DNA of 64,000 nt from Octopus vulgaris (lineage: Eukaryota): assembly GCA_951406725.2 (NCBI GenBank), contig OX597815.1, forward strand, positions 92,318,001 to 92,382,000, written 5' to 3'. The notes below the pieces were generated by a model. That model saw only the letters and a list, made by a program, of their open reading frames with translations, did no database searches and was not told the DNA's origin. Of the stretch, positions 51,230 through 63,329 are shown in pieces. Each line of letters begins with the position of its first letter. Position 1 is the first letter of the stretch. The translations under genes and the position numbers were made by a program.

Positions 51230-52529
51230 CTGAAACAAAGTTGAGTGTGTGTAAGAGAGTGCATGTATGTGTTTATGATAAAGCTTTTTGTTATTAGTGG
51301 TGATGTGTGTGTGTGTGATATGCTAACAGTATGGTGATTGATATGGTCTGGTATAGTAATGGTGCAGTGGCGTTATGTGCATGATGTGGTGTGTTGTTAT
51401 GTAATATTGTAACAGTACAGTGTGGTAATGTTTGTGTATGTGGTGGGGTATGGTAATTGTAAAGGGCTGTAATATTTTCAAAATCTCAAATCAATACACA
51501 AAATATCTTTCAAACATAAAATAGAATATAAAACCAAAGCATGCCCAGCATGGCCACAGCCTCACGGCTGAAACATATACAAGAATAAAAGTAGATAAGA
51601 GGTTTTCATTTAATACCAGAGTAGTTTTAATATACTCAAAGTCTAGTTCATAACTAGATCATTCTCTTATAACCTAATACAAACATTCAAGACAATGCAA
51701 TTGCATTGGTTACATTTTCTGAACCATAGAGTCAAAAAGTGCAAGTTTCCCTTAATTAAATTGTGTTTTTGTTAGAAACAGAACTAAAAGACTTAATAGT
51801 TCTTTTGTCAGTGATAAAAGTTAATGAATTAATCTTTGTCTATGGATGAAGATGGAACATGATGCTATTAGTGCACTGAACATTATAACACAATCATGTT
51901 CTATGGATAATAAAAGAGCATGTACTGCACAGTACAATACAGTGTGAGTAGTGTACAACGTGTACTGGACATTATAATAATAGTGTAGTGTGTGTAGTAA
52001 AATAATGAGATATTAAACAGTATAATACAGTAATGTTAGAGTAGTGAGACAGTGTATACTAAACATTTAAACATTATATTACAGTGTGTAGTGTGGAAGA
52101 TGAGGCAGTGTATTGAACCTTGTTACAATGGAGTGGTTTGGATAATGAAATAATGGTTTATATCAGTGGTTCTTAACCAGGGGTCATATAAGATCGCTTA
52201 TGAGCTTTAAGCTTATAAAATGCTATTATTATTGTTTACAGAATTGTAAAAATTGACGTTGCTTAACAAAAACCATTGCAGTAAAAGCACATGAAAGTTT
52301 GTTTACAAAACAACACTACAAACTAATTATAGTTCTTAAATCTGACGGAATGAAGTAGGTTGTGCACTAGAGTAATGGTAGCATACTTGTCGTGAAAACA
52401 AAGAGGTATGGGTTCAAGTCCCATGCATATGGAAAAACCTACTTTTTTCCGTCGAGGGCTTATATGCCCCATTACTAGACTATCTTTTTTTAGACAGTTC
52501 CATACAGAAGTCCCAATCACTCAAAGGAA

Positions 52530-52986
52530 ATGGAACTTGTGGAAGGAGACCCAGGAAAACATAGGACGAAGTACTGAAGGATGATTTCAGGACACTGAAC
52601 CTTATGGAGGAGATGAAAAAGAACCAAGATATCTGGCACCTTTCTGTACTCAAGACCTGTCCTCCACAGCAAAAGTGTTAATACTGCTACTCCAGCAGAA
52701 AAGAATTGGCCTGCAAGAGCCCTGGGCCAGCGCCACATAAACAGCACCTGTGCTGGTACCATATATAGAGAGCACCCTTGCTAGTGCCATGTAAGAAAAT
52801 CCATGCCAGTTTCACACAAAAAGCACCCAGTACACAATATAAGTGGTTGGCATTAGGAAGGGTAACCAGCCATAGAAACCAAAATAATCAAACTGGAACT
52901 TGGTGCAGCTCTCCTGCTTTCCAGCTCTGATTAAACTGTCCAACCCTGGCTAGCATGGAAAACGAACACTAAAAGGATGATGATGA
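52530..52986 (+). mobile_element. Diverged RTE LINE 3' fragment
   Basis: ggaacttgtggaaggagacccaggaaaaca.. ORF end, repeated aaaagcacc modules, ttaggaagggt.., (GAT)n tail. Confidence 0.7.
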
Positions 52987-53757
52987 TATATAAGCTCAGG
53001 CATGGCTGTGTGGTTTCAGGATTGATCCCATTACATGACACCTTGGGTAACTGTCATCTACTACAGCCTTTATTTGACCGATACTTAGTGAGTGAAACTC
53101 GGTAGATGGATACTGTAGAGAAGCCTGTCATGTGTGCGTGTGTGTGTATGTGTGTGTGTTTGTGCATGTGAGTGTGTCCTTGCATTGATACTGCTTAGGC
53201 AGTGATGGCATTTGTTTATGTCCCACATAAATGGTACGTCTGACAGATCAGTAGTTTCTATGTGTAAGGACTATAGAAAAATAAAATATAGAATAAAATA
53301 CTATCACTGAAAACAAAGTCAGGATTAGTGTCAAGAAAGGTATCCAACCATAGAAAACTCAGGAAGTCACATGGAACCTGTGCCAGCATGGAAAAAGTTG
53401 CTGTTAAAACAATGATGACAATATTGTCATCATATATATATGTGTCTGTGTGTGTGATATTTACAAACAGGGCCTAAGATGAGTGGCTACGAAGTTTTCT
53501 GTAATCCCAATGTGAAACAAGGGAGGTAATACTATCGGTTTATACGGAAAAACGTTTATAAGTGCTAAGACGACATTAAATTTAGCAGAACTTATTTGAT
53601 ATATTCAGTTGTGCAGTCACTACTGATAGCATTGTATCATACATGGTTTGACTCGCATGGAACTATTTTTGCTCTCTTAGGCTATGCTTATGAATGGCAT
53701 ACATAATTTACATCTAAACTCTTAACCATTTTATATTATAAAGAATAAAAGACTTAC

Positions 53758-53814
53758 CTATACCAACGCCTCCTTCTCACTGTGTCAGTCCAGCCTTTTC
53801 GACGATGGAATGGT
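53758..53814 (-). CDS. TECPR1: TECPR1-like coding exon (DysF C-terminal motif)
   Basis: (R)PFHRRKGWTDTVRRRRWY(R), the DysF DxVRRRxW signature; tttctAG / GTAAGT boundaries; 57 nt, phase 2-2. Confidence 0.92.
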
Positions 53815-53929
53815 CTAGAAAAAGAAATTGGAACATAGAAAATCAGCTTTTTAAAATTTTTTCTGCTTGTTAAGTAAATTTGAAAATAGAGTGACACTTA
53901 CACGAACAATTTCCATTTTAAAGTGATAA

Positions 53930-55390
53930 TGTTAGTAAAATATTATACATATAGAATATTATTATAGCAATATATTAAACTATTAAACATATAAAATGTT
54001 AGCATACCATTATATCTTTACAGCTACATAATATTAGTACAGCAATATATCATATATACTACAGAATATTAGTATATCGACATATAATAGCTGTTGTATG
54101 TTAATGTACCATTCTTATTTTATCATTATATCTATTGACATTTAGTAAACCAATACTACACCATTGTATGAAAGACTGTTAGTATACAAATGTATTCTAC
54201 CATTATACCAATACATTAGTAGTATACCAACATTTTCTATCATCTATATACTATTAATATAATCTACCTATAGAATGTTAATATATCCAATAAGCTGTGC
54301 CAATATATCAACAGGTTCTTAATGTACCAATACACCTACAGAATGTAAATATACCAACATTATGCCCTTACATCATTAGCACACTGATACAACTATAGAA
54401 TGTTAATATCAAATAGCTCTACTAATATATCTATAGACTGCTTGTAGACCAATATACCTAGAGACTGTTAGTATACCAACTATATTATACCACTATAACT
54501 AGATTATTAGTATAGCAATACACCTTTGGAAAGCTAGTATTCCAATATATCACATCATTATACCTGTCTCCTCTCTTTACCTTTTCTTCTACAGCTGCCA
54601 CTACTACTACTATTACGACCTCTGCTCCTTAGAGCTAGCTAGTTACTAACCACTTCTACTTATGCCCATCTAATACCAATATTACTACAGAATGAGTTGA
54701 GATTCTGCTGAGGTACACTTTGCCTTTCATCCCTCCAGTGTTGGTAAAATAAAAGTACCAGTCAGGTACTGGGGTTGGTAGTACAGACTTCCCTATTCTT
54801 CTCTCAAAATTGCTGGCCCTTCAGTCTAAATTTAAAACAATTATTACTATAAAATTCTAATATAGTAATATATTGTACTATCATACCGTTAGAATGTTTA
54901 TATACTATTATAACTATAGAATATTAATTACTCTATCAATATATCCTATCACTATACCTATAGAATAAACCATTGTATTATACAATTATACCTACAGAAT
55001 GTAAATATATCAATCTACTATATCCAAGAAAACCATTATGTGGTTGCTCAAACTGCAAGAAATAGCAGTTAAATCTTTCTCTCAGCTTACTGTCTTAAAA
55101 AAGGACATGTACCCTGGTCCTGGGTTCCCTACTCATAGAAAATAAATGAAATAACCATGGCTGGATTGCTTTTGTTCATAAGTTTATCCAATTAACGCTG
55201 ACCTAGCACTAAACAACAATAACAAATATATGTATAGACTATATTATCCTATTATATCTATAGAAAGTTAAGTATACAAAAATATAACTATAGAATAAGA
55301 ATATATCATCCCAAAAGATAATACCAAAATCTCTACAAAAGTTTAGTATACCAATATACCTATGGTGTGTTAGTATATCAATATATTGTA
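53930..55390. repeat. Degenerate AT-rich minisatellite (~26-30 bp; ctatagaatgttagtataccaatatac-like)
   Basis: Many recurrences of tagaat(g/a)ttagtatac(c)aa, interrupted by SINEs. Confidence 0.6.
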
Positions 55391-55396
55391 CTAACA

Positions 55397-55850
55397 TAAT
55401 AATAATGAACTTAATGTATACAGTACTCAAATGCACTACAACTCATCAGAAAATGTAATCAAAAGTGCATGTACAGTACATAGAATAATGCACAGAAAGT
55501 GAACAATGAATGAGTTGTTTAAAAAAAATGGGGAGGAGGCATGAAACAAATTTCAGGAAGCATAGCAGTTTTGAAGGATGTAGTGTCATAACAGCTAACA
55601 ACTGATGTGGATAGTTTATCGCATGATTCAACAATTCTGAGCACAAAAAATTATTTCTGAAAGTCATGGGTGCTGTTGTCTTTTGATTTTGTAAGTATGT
55701 CTACGGGTGTTAGACATATGGAATTCAAAAGGGTGCCCAAATTTGTTGTTGGAAAGATGATTAATTTTGTGGGTGTCTACCAAGTCAGTTGCTGGATGTC
55801 AGAGCTTCAATTTGTCCATGCCCAGGGAAGCAAGACATTCAAAGTTTTAA
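55397..55850 (-). mobile_element. CR1/L2-group LINE 3' fragment
   Basis: Colinear with 42612-43080 (ataataataatgaactt..gtccatgcccagggaa). Confidence 0.75.
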
Positions 55851-56132
55851 TATCCATTATCTTAGGCTTAGATCAACAGCCAGATGACTGAGCTTAAAAG
55901 AGAAGTGGCTGAGAAACCAAGAAGCAGGTGTTTCATATATTATCACCAGCATTGACATATTCGTTGGTAAATCACCTAACACTCCTGTCTACTTAGCTGT
56001 AAGCAGATATCACAACTGTAAACCAGCAGTAGCATTATTAAATCAACAAATGTCCCACTACATTCTAGTGTAGCTCACTTGTTCGAAATAGATTACAAGA
56101 CAAACTTTTCAATGATTGATTAATCTATCGTT

Positions 56133-56352
56133 GATATTGTTGTTTAACTCCAGCTCAGCTATGATCCAACAAATATATGGTCAGAGGCATTCCAGTCACA
56201 ACCATACCATTTCTTTCCTAGGTATAGAGCTCTCAGAACTATCTAATCTTATGTGTCCTTTTTTTTCAAGGCAGTAGGGTGTAATTTGAGGAAGATCTGA
56301 TTGCTATTTCAAGCAAGTTGAGCGACTATGTAGAGGATTCCTTCACTAGCTC
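56133..56352 (-). mobile_element. Abundant ~250-bp (CAA)n-tailed SINE-like repeat, representative copy
   Basis: Core gatttggctgctatttctagcaggtc..gaccac.tagaggctccctc. About 20 copies in the window, e.g. near 1700, 2400, 4500, 9350, 15650, 21300, 32000, 32300, 34100, 38600, 43750, 44350, 44700, 45450, 55100, 59100 and 60950. Confidence 0.75.
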
Positions 56353-56749
56353 ATGAGAGAAGTTACAGTTGGTAAACATCACACAACTTACAGAAACAAG
56401 GACTAAATAATCACCTTAATATGATAGAATTAGGGATCAAATACTGTCATACTGAGATTATAACATATCGGAATTATTATTTGGAATTATTATAACAGAT
56501 TGGTATTATTATTATAACTAATTGGAATTCCCTTAATTGATTGATATGATAATAATAGGATTATAAGTAATTAGGATTAATTATAACAGATTGAGATTAT
56601 TATAACACATGAAGATTATCAGAACAGACTGGTATTAATATAACTGACTGAGATTATTATAAAAAACATGGTCAACATAAGAAAGCAGAATAAACCTATT
56701 TATTATCTTTTATTAATATAGAAAACAGAAAGTAAAGTAGTGGGGAGAC

Positions 56750-56829
56750 CTGTTGAAATCTGTAGAATACTGCCAACCTTCTGGATCCACACCACCTGGC
56801 ACAGAATAATCAATTATCCAGTCAGTCAT
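56750..56829 (-). CDS. TECPR1: TECPR1-like coding exon (DysF)
   Basis: MTDWIIDYSVPGGVDPEGWQYSTDFN(R); 80 nt, phase 0-2; atypical donor AG|GTCTCC. Confidence 0.88.
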
Positions 56830-57599
56830 CTATCATAAATAAAAAGACAACATTGTCAGAACCAAAAACAGAGTTAGTGTAAAGTTCAAAGTTTTCATCC
56901 TGCTGTTGCAGCTGATGATAATGGTGATAGTGGTGGAAGTGGTGGTAATGGTGATCATGGAAACAATGACAGTGGTAGTAATGATGATGATACTGATGAA
57001 GACAACAATGATATAAACATTTTCATATTGGTTTGGTCAGGAGGAAGGAGCTGTGCCCTATGACCCTTGCAGATTCTTTGAGACCAATGAAATTAATGTA
57101 GTTATTGCACCTCTTGAACACTTGCAAGTCAATGGTTGCAGGAAAAACATGCATAGTAGTCAATGCAAGAACTAGAGGGGTGGGAGAGAATATGGGTGAT
57201 GAGAGAAACTAGTGAGTCAAGAGTGCCTGAATAGAGGTGGAATGAAACTAGCAAGCTCCAAGGAGTAGAGACCACTGTCATACTGGTAGGAAAAGCAGAA
57301 AGAGAAGACAGTACCTCTGTGGACAAGAGGCTGAAGTGTACTGATGTGCAATAGTAAGATAATGATGAAGATGTTGATAATGATGATGATAATTAGTGGA
57401 CTTGAATTCAATACCACTTATTCATCACAACATCATGCTACATTTTTTTAAACAATAGTTTAGTAAGAGGAACAAAAACAGCATACATGATTTTTTCCCA
57501 GGACCACTGGGTTTCATAAGAGAAAAAAGAAAGTAATAACTTGAGAGTTATTCTCAGTTGAAAGAGTTAGCAATAAATGCTTATAACAGAGAAGGCTCT

Positions 57600-57870
57600 C
57601 ATCAGCATCATCATTTAACATCTGCTTTCCATGCTGGCATGGGTTGGACGATTTGACTGCGGTCTGGCAAACCAGATGGCTGCACCAGACTCCAATCTGA
57701 TCTGGCAGAGTTTCTACAACTGGATGCCCTTCCTAACGCCAACCACTCTGAGAGTGAAGTGGGTGCTTTTATGTGCCACTGGCACGAGGGCCAGTCAGGC
57801 GGTACTGGTAACAGCTACGCTCAAATGGTGCTTTTTATGTGCCACCTGCACAGGAGCCAGTCCAATGGCT
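57600..57870 (-). mobile_element. RTE 3' UTR fragment
   Basis: catcatcatttaacatctgctttccatgctggcatgggttggacg..gatgcccttcctaacgccaacc. Shorter copies at ~1497-1600, 8128-8260, 24130-24292 and 43823-43983. Confidence 0.8.
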
Positions 57871-59295
57871 CTATACCCAAAAATGAAAAAGAGGCAATAG
57901 TAAACCAAGTGATAAATTAAGACTACTTCACTGATAGTCTTCTACTGCCTTTGCCTTCTCAGTTTTATTCAGAAGGTTTGACTTGATTTGAGGATACAGT
58001 AAAATACTTCTCAAAGTGCCAGAGAGTATTGACTTGAACCCTGAAACCACAGAGTTCTGAAACAAACTTCTTAACTACACAGCCATGTCTGTTCCTATGC
58101 ATACTTTGTTTCAATCAAGATAATCAGACAGTTCACAAATATCTTATAATAATTCTGCTCGTCACTGTGTTACTTAGCCCATCAGTAATGCTCTCATGTG
58201 TTTAAAAAAAAAGAGGGAGAAAGAAAAGAGAGAGAAAGAGAAAAAGAGAGAGAGAGAAAAGAGGGGAGACAAAGAGAGTGGAAGAAAAAGAGGGAGAGAG
58301 AAAAAAGGAAAGAGAAAAAGAGGGAGAGAGAAGCATCCATGATGCGAGGTAGAAGGAATGTAATTATAATGCTTTCACGTGATTAGTTGAAGGGAAAGAG
58401 AGGAAAAAGAAAAAGGAGAGAGAAACAGAGGATAAGGCGAAGAGAGAGACAGAAAGAAGGAGAGAGAAGCATCCATGACATGAGGTAAGGGGAACATAAT
58501 ACTTATTATGTTATTTAAAAAGTTAGTTGAAGGTAGAGGAGAGTTAAAAATATAATTTTAGGGGTGATGTTCTGATGGTGAGGTTAAAGAAAGGCAGAGA
58601 GAGAGGTGGGGGAGAGAGAGAGGAGGGAGAGTGATGATGATGATAGTGATGGAGGTGGTGGTAGAGGTGATGATTGGATAGCGAAAAGTGTATTTTTTTA
58701 AATTGAACTAAGTTTTTCATATCACCTATCACTTAACGCATGCACGTAAATGCAGTTCTGTGAAATATTCATGCTTGTTTACATTTTAGCTAAAGGTTGT
58801 ATCATATGTACAGGATATTTTTGTTTATGGGAAAAATGGAAAATAAGAGTGAATATTTATTTTATGAGTGCAGTGTATTTAAGTCTATAAAATTGTGCAT
58901 AAAGTATATAAAGTGCATTAAGTAATCATCGTATTCTAATTTTTTTCACTTTTCAATGAGTAGCAGATGCCCAACTATCTTGGCCATCAGAACATCAGAA
59001 ATAAACCTTAGAAGCCAATCTACAGACCAATCCAGTAGACTCAAAATCAAAGCCATTTCAGCTGTAACCATCCACTTCTTTTTTAGTCATTGTGTATCTA
59101 GGACTACATTATCCAATATGTCCTAACTTTTTTAAAAGATAAAACTAGAAGATGATTTGAGTGAGGTTTAGCTGATATTTCCAACATGGCAAACAGCCAT
59201 GTAGAGGCTCTCTCTCTTATAAACTAGTTAGTGGCAATGGCATGTTCTGCTGGGTGTTGTGGAAAATAGGAAGAGAGATAAGTTTTACAACTCAC

Positions 59296-59392
59296 CCATA
59301 TCCATTGACCTGATGGAAGCTGTGTATTTTCTTTGGTTCTTTTATATCTACCTGATCTGTCACTCCAGTCATGTCCATCAGCCATAAAACCT
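59296..59392 (-). CDS. TECPR1: TECPR1-like coding exon (DysF)
   Basis: (R)GFMADGHDWSDRSGRYKRTKENTQLPSGQWIW; ttgtAG / GTGAGT boundaries; 97 nt, phase 2-0. Confidence 0.9.
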
Positions 59393-59504
59393 CTACAACA
59401 AATATAAACAATTTATTAGTTATCAAGTGTTTCATCATGTTAACTTGAACAAAGACAAAAAAAATATTTAAAAAGTACCTTTCAATCGTTGGGCAACATT
59501 CCAT

Positions 59505-59996
59505 GCTTGAGGAGACTTATTGAGTCAAGTAAAATCAAAATCAAATCAAATGAAAATTGTAGTTATGGCCGATGCGAGTGCCACCTGACTGGCTCCCATG
59601 CTAGTGGCACACAATAAGCACCATGCATGCATGGATCATTACCAGTGCCACTTAACTGGCTCCCTGTGCCGGTGGCATGTAAAATGCATCATCCAAGCAT
59701 GGTTGATACCAGCCTCCCTGCCCCAACTGGATCCTGTGCTGGTAGCATGTAAAAAGCACCATTTGAAGGTAGCCAATGCCAGTGCTGCCTGATTGGCTCC
59801 CATGCTGGTGGCACATAATAAGCACCAACTACATTCTCGGGAGTGATTGGCATTAGGAATAGCGTCCAGATGTAGAAACACTGCCAGGTCAGACTGGAGC
59901 CTCGTACAGCCCACTGGTTTGCCAGTCCCCAGTCAAACCGTCCAACACATGCCAGCACGGAAAACTAACGTAAAACAATGATGATGGTGATGATGA
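59505..59996 (+). mobile_element. RTE 3' UTR fragment with expanded internal repeat array
   Basis: Colinear with 46470-46831; 4-5 gtgccggtggcac..aaaagcacc modules; (GAT)n tail. Confidence 0.8.
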
Positions 59997-60151
59997 TATA
60001 TATATATATATATAACCACTAAGTGATACAAAAATAAATCTGATTCACATTTTTCAACCTATATAAACTCTTCATTTAATATATCTTTTCCATGTTTCTA
60101 GAGATAAAGAATCCACTTATAGCTAGTTTTCAAATGTGATGCCTTTACAGG

Positions 60152-60185
<34 letters not shown>

Positions 60186-60829
60186 CTTGTTATAGGCTCT
60201 TATCATCTCCCTAACACTGGATGTTGTACTGTATTGTACTTTCAGTGCATGGTGCTGAATGGAAGATTTTATGACATCAAGAAGCCTGTCAACTGGAAGC
60301 TACCCATCTTATGTCAGGAATTTAACACTAGTAAAAGACAGTTGATCCCAGAGGTGAATCCCATTAGAAACTAGTTGATGTGGTGACAGAGTAAGCTGAT
60401 GTATATGATGGACAATTTGTTGTAATTTGAAGATGTATTAAGGAAATGCCATTCAATAAGGAAAGTTACTTGCCATTGAAGCTGTTATTTTTCTCTCACA
60501 AACCAGAGAGAGTTACAGTGAATTAGAGACTATCTCAAATATTTGACATTCTCAGAATAATATACCATACAAAAAAATGTGACTATCAAGAATTAAACCA
60601 ATGTAGCTGAATTGCTGATGTTCAAGACATAGAAACCCACAGAAACTTTTTGAATGAATAATGAAAAAGTTAGAGGTGGGGATTACAAAAATATATACTT
60701 AAACAATTAAGTGCTCACTTATAGTTATAGGTGTGCATCATCTGTGCTGTCCCAGGGTTAAACAGCTATACCAACAGCATAAGTGATAACTGCTAGTGGT
60801 ATGAAGAAGTGAATAGTATTAATTGCCAC

Positions 60830-60865
<36 letters not shown>

Positions 60866-61237
60866 AGAGAGTGGAGTGATATGGTGAACAGTTGTTTTTC
60901 TTTAGCCTCATATCAGTTCTGATTGAAAAGACCAATGGTTAAAGACATTCAAAACATGGCTATCCTGTTTTCTTGTGGGTATCTCACTGACTATACAATT
61001 TAATGTGTTCTTCGTATGTGAAGATAAAGTTGGGATATGAAAGAGATTTGGCTGCTATATCAAGCATGTCAAGTGAACAATTAAAAGCCTCCACCTGTCA
61101 GTGGTAGATTGAGAAGTTAACAGTAATGTGTGTTAAGTATCAATAATTGAGAGATTTGGAGAGAGAGATGAACATTATTATTAATTGTTAGTAAACATTA
61201 CTGACCAAACAAAGCGTGAACTAAAAACCAACCTGTA

Positions 61238-61329
61238 CATTATTTACATTTGACAGATATTTGTCCTTATCTTGTTTGTTGTTAACAACAAACAAGATGA
61301 GGACAAATATCTGTCAAATGTAAATAATG
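61238..61329. repeat. 92-bp loopless palindrome (1 mismatch)
   Basis: Two 46-bp arms centred on GTT|AAC at 61283/61284, flanked by a 15-bp direct repeat at 61222-61236 and 61355-61369. Confidence 0.95.
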
Positions 61330-61365
61330 GCATCTCTTAAATATAGAACTGTATTAAAAACTAAC

Positions 61366-61468
61366 CTGTTTGAATAGCCATATGCAGGTGTCCACTTTTG
61401 ATTTTCATAAATATAAACACTACGCACATCAACTTGTGGATGGACTCTCCAACTGGCATCGGATACAC
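61366..61468 (-). CDS. TECPR1: TECPR1-like coding exon (DysF N-terminal motif)
   Basis: (S)VSDASWRVHPQVDVRSVYIYENQKWTPAYGYSN(R), the YENQRW signature; 103 nt, phase 1-2; donor GTTAGT. Confidence 0.9.
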
Positions 61469-61782
61469 CTTAGAAAAAAAATAAATAGAATTATATTAAT
61501 TCTTCCATGCTGACAGTGTTTTATTCTTTTGCATTGTAATCACATAATCAATGGAGGAAAGGCAGTACGAATAACCCATTTTAAGGGCCTCTAAGATGGG
61601 TGGGAAAAGAGGAGAAAGTTATTCTCAGACTGGGGACTTGATCTGAGTGTTCTCTACTAAAAGAACCAAAACCCAAAGGCCTGGTCATGCAGTTAAACAG
61701 AGCAACAGGCTACACAGCAACATGCCATTCCTGTTCCTTCATCACATCGTGTACTGGTACAATGACAAAGAAAACTACTAGA

Positions 61783-61813
<31 letters not shown>

Positions 61814-62353
61814 CGCGCGTGCGTGTGTGTGTGCATGCACATGCGCATGTATGTATTTTTCCCAGTGTGTGAGTTCCTGCTTAGAGTTTCTCATTCCTGA
61901 GTTACCTGAACATTAGGACAGGTACTTTTATCATTTAATTACATTTCACACCAGTATGAAACTACCATTCATTATATATAAATGGAGTGCAAGTATGACT
62001 GTGTACTCAAGAAGTTTATCTCCCAAGTACATGTTTTTGGGTTCAATCCTACTGCATGGTACTTTGGGTAGGTGTCTTTTACTATAGCTTTGGTTTGACC
62101 AAAGCCTTGTGACAGAAACAGGAAGTAACCTGTGTGTGCATGTGTATTTATTTAGTAACATGTATTTTAAACTGTATGTGCATTTGTATGTGTAGAATAG
62201 TGGGTAAATAATCATCACATATAGAAGAAGAGAGTATTACTATCACACCTGTGGAAGTAAAGGTATATAACTATCATATTTGTAGGAGTGTGTGTGTGTA
62301 AAAATAACACATGTAAGAGAGTGGATCTATAGATGTGTTGAGAGAATACTTAC

Positions 62354-62481
62354 TCTTTAAAATGTCTCCGCCAAAGCCTCCAGTATATACCCAGGCTGAG
62401 CTGTCATAGCCAATACCCCAGCTGATATTCAAAGGGTTGGTTTCTACCAGGTGCAAATGTCCACCAACTGGAATCCATTTT
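62354..62481 (-). CDS. TECPR1: TECPR1-like coding exon; gene continues beyond the window
   Basis: KWIPVGGHLHLVETNPLNISWGIGYDSSAWVYTGGFGGDILK, matching the TECPR1 GGHL..WGIGYD..AWVYTGG motif; tttAG / GTAAGT boundaries; 128 nt, phase 2-1. Confidence 0.92.
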
Positions 62482-63220
62482 CTAAAGGAGATAGGTAAGT
62501 AAGACAATTATATCAACATCATCATTATATAGCACAAGTGTAGTCCACACCAAAGCACCAACATATTTAAAACAGTGTTTCTGATATATATCCAATATAC
62601 AGCTATCTGACCAATTATAAAACCTTCACACTAGCATCATGGGCCTACTGATGTGCTATATCCTTTTTATCTTTATTTTGTAAAATTAGCCAAACCTACT
62701 TCCTCTATTTTCTCCTCTTCACACCACTGCCATATTTCAAATTCCACAGACCAGATTATGTGTTCTATAAATAAAACTACTTGCTGAAACCTTCATCTCT
62801 GCAGCTGCAATCCTTGGAACTTCCTGCCTGTTCATATATCTACCACATCTATGTGAGTTACAACAGTTACATACTGCCATACCATGCATGTATGTATGTA
62901 TGTATATAAACGTAAATGCATAAATGCCACAGTTCTGTGACAGTGTACATGTATAGGTAGATAATTACCATATCCCTTTGCAGAGAGCTGGCAGAACAGT
63001 TAGAGTGTTGGAGAGAATGCTTTGCAGTATTCATTGATTCTCTGCACTCCGAGATCAACTTTATCTTTCGTTGTTTTGGGGGTCGCTAAAAAAGTACCAA
63101 TCAATTATTGAAGTTGATCTCTCTCTCTCTCTCTGGAAGAAAGGACGGAAAGAATTGCCAGTGTTCAAACCTGGAGAAGGCGGGCTATGTCAAGTTTAAA
63201 ATTCCCAAGACACACTTTAC

Positions 63221-63257
63221 TCTTTAGAATGTCTCCTCCAAAGCCTCCAGTATATAC
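63221..63257 (-). other. Partial duplicate of the 3' end of TECPR1 exon 62354-62481, with its donor site
   Basis: Encodes VYTGGFGGDILK, followed by A|GTAAAG; 35 of 37 nt identical to 62354-62390. Confidence 0.85.
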
Positions 63258-63329
63258 TATGTCACAATAGCGACTTTCTATATCCATTAAGAATTGTGGA
63301 TTCAAAGTAGGAAAGAAGGAACACAGGTG

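Noticed and set aside
59570-59830. Regularly spaced repeats superficially like a CRISPR array
   Set aside because: Eukaryotic context, degenerate repeats with homologous spacers, no cas genes; part of the RTE 3' UTR.
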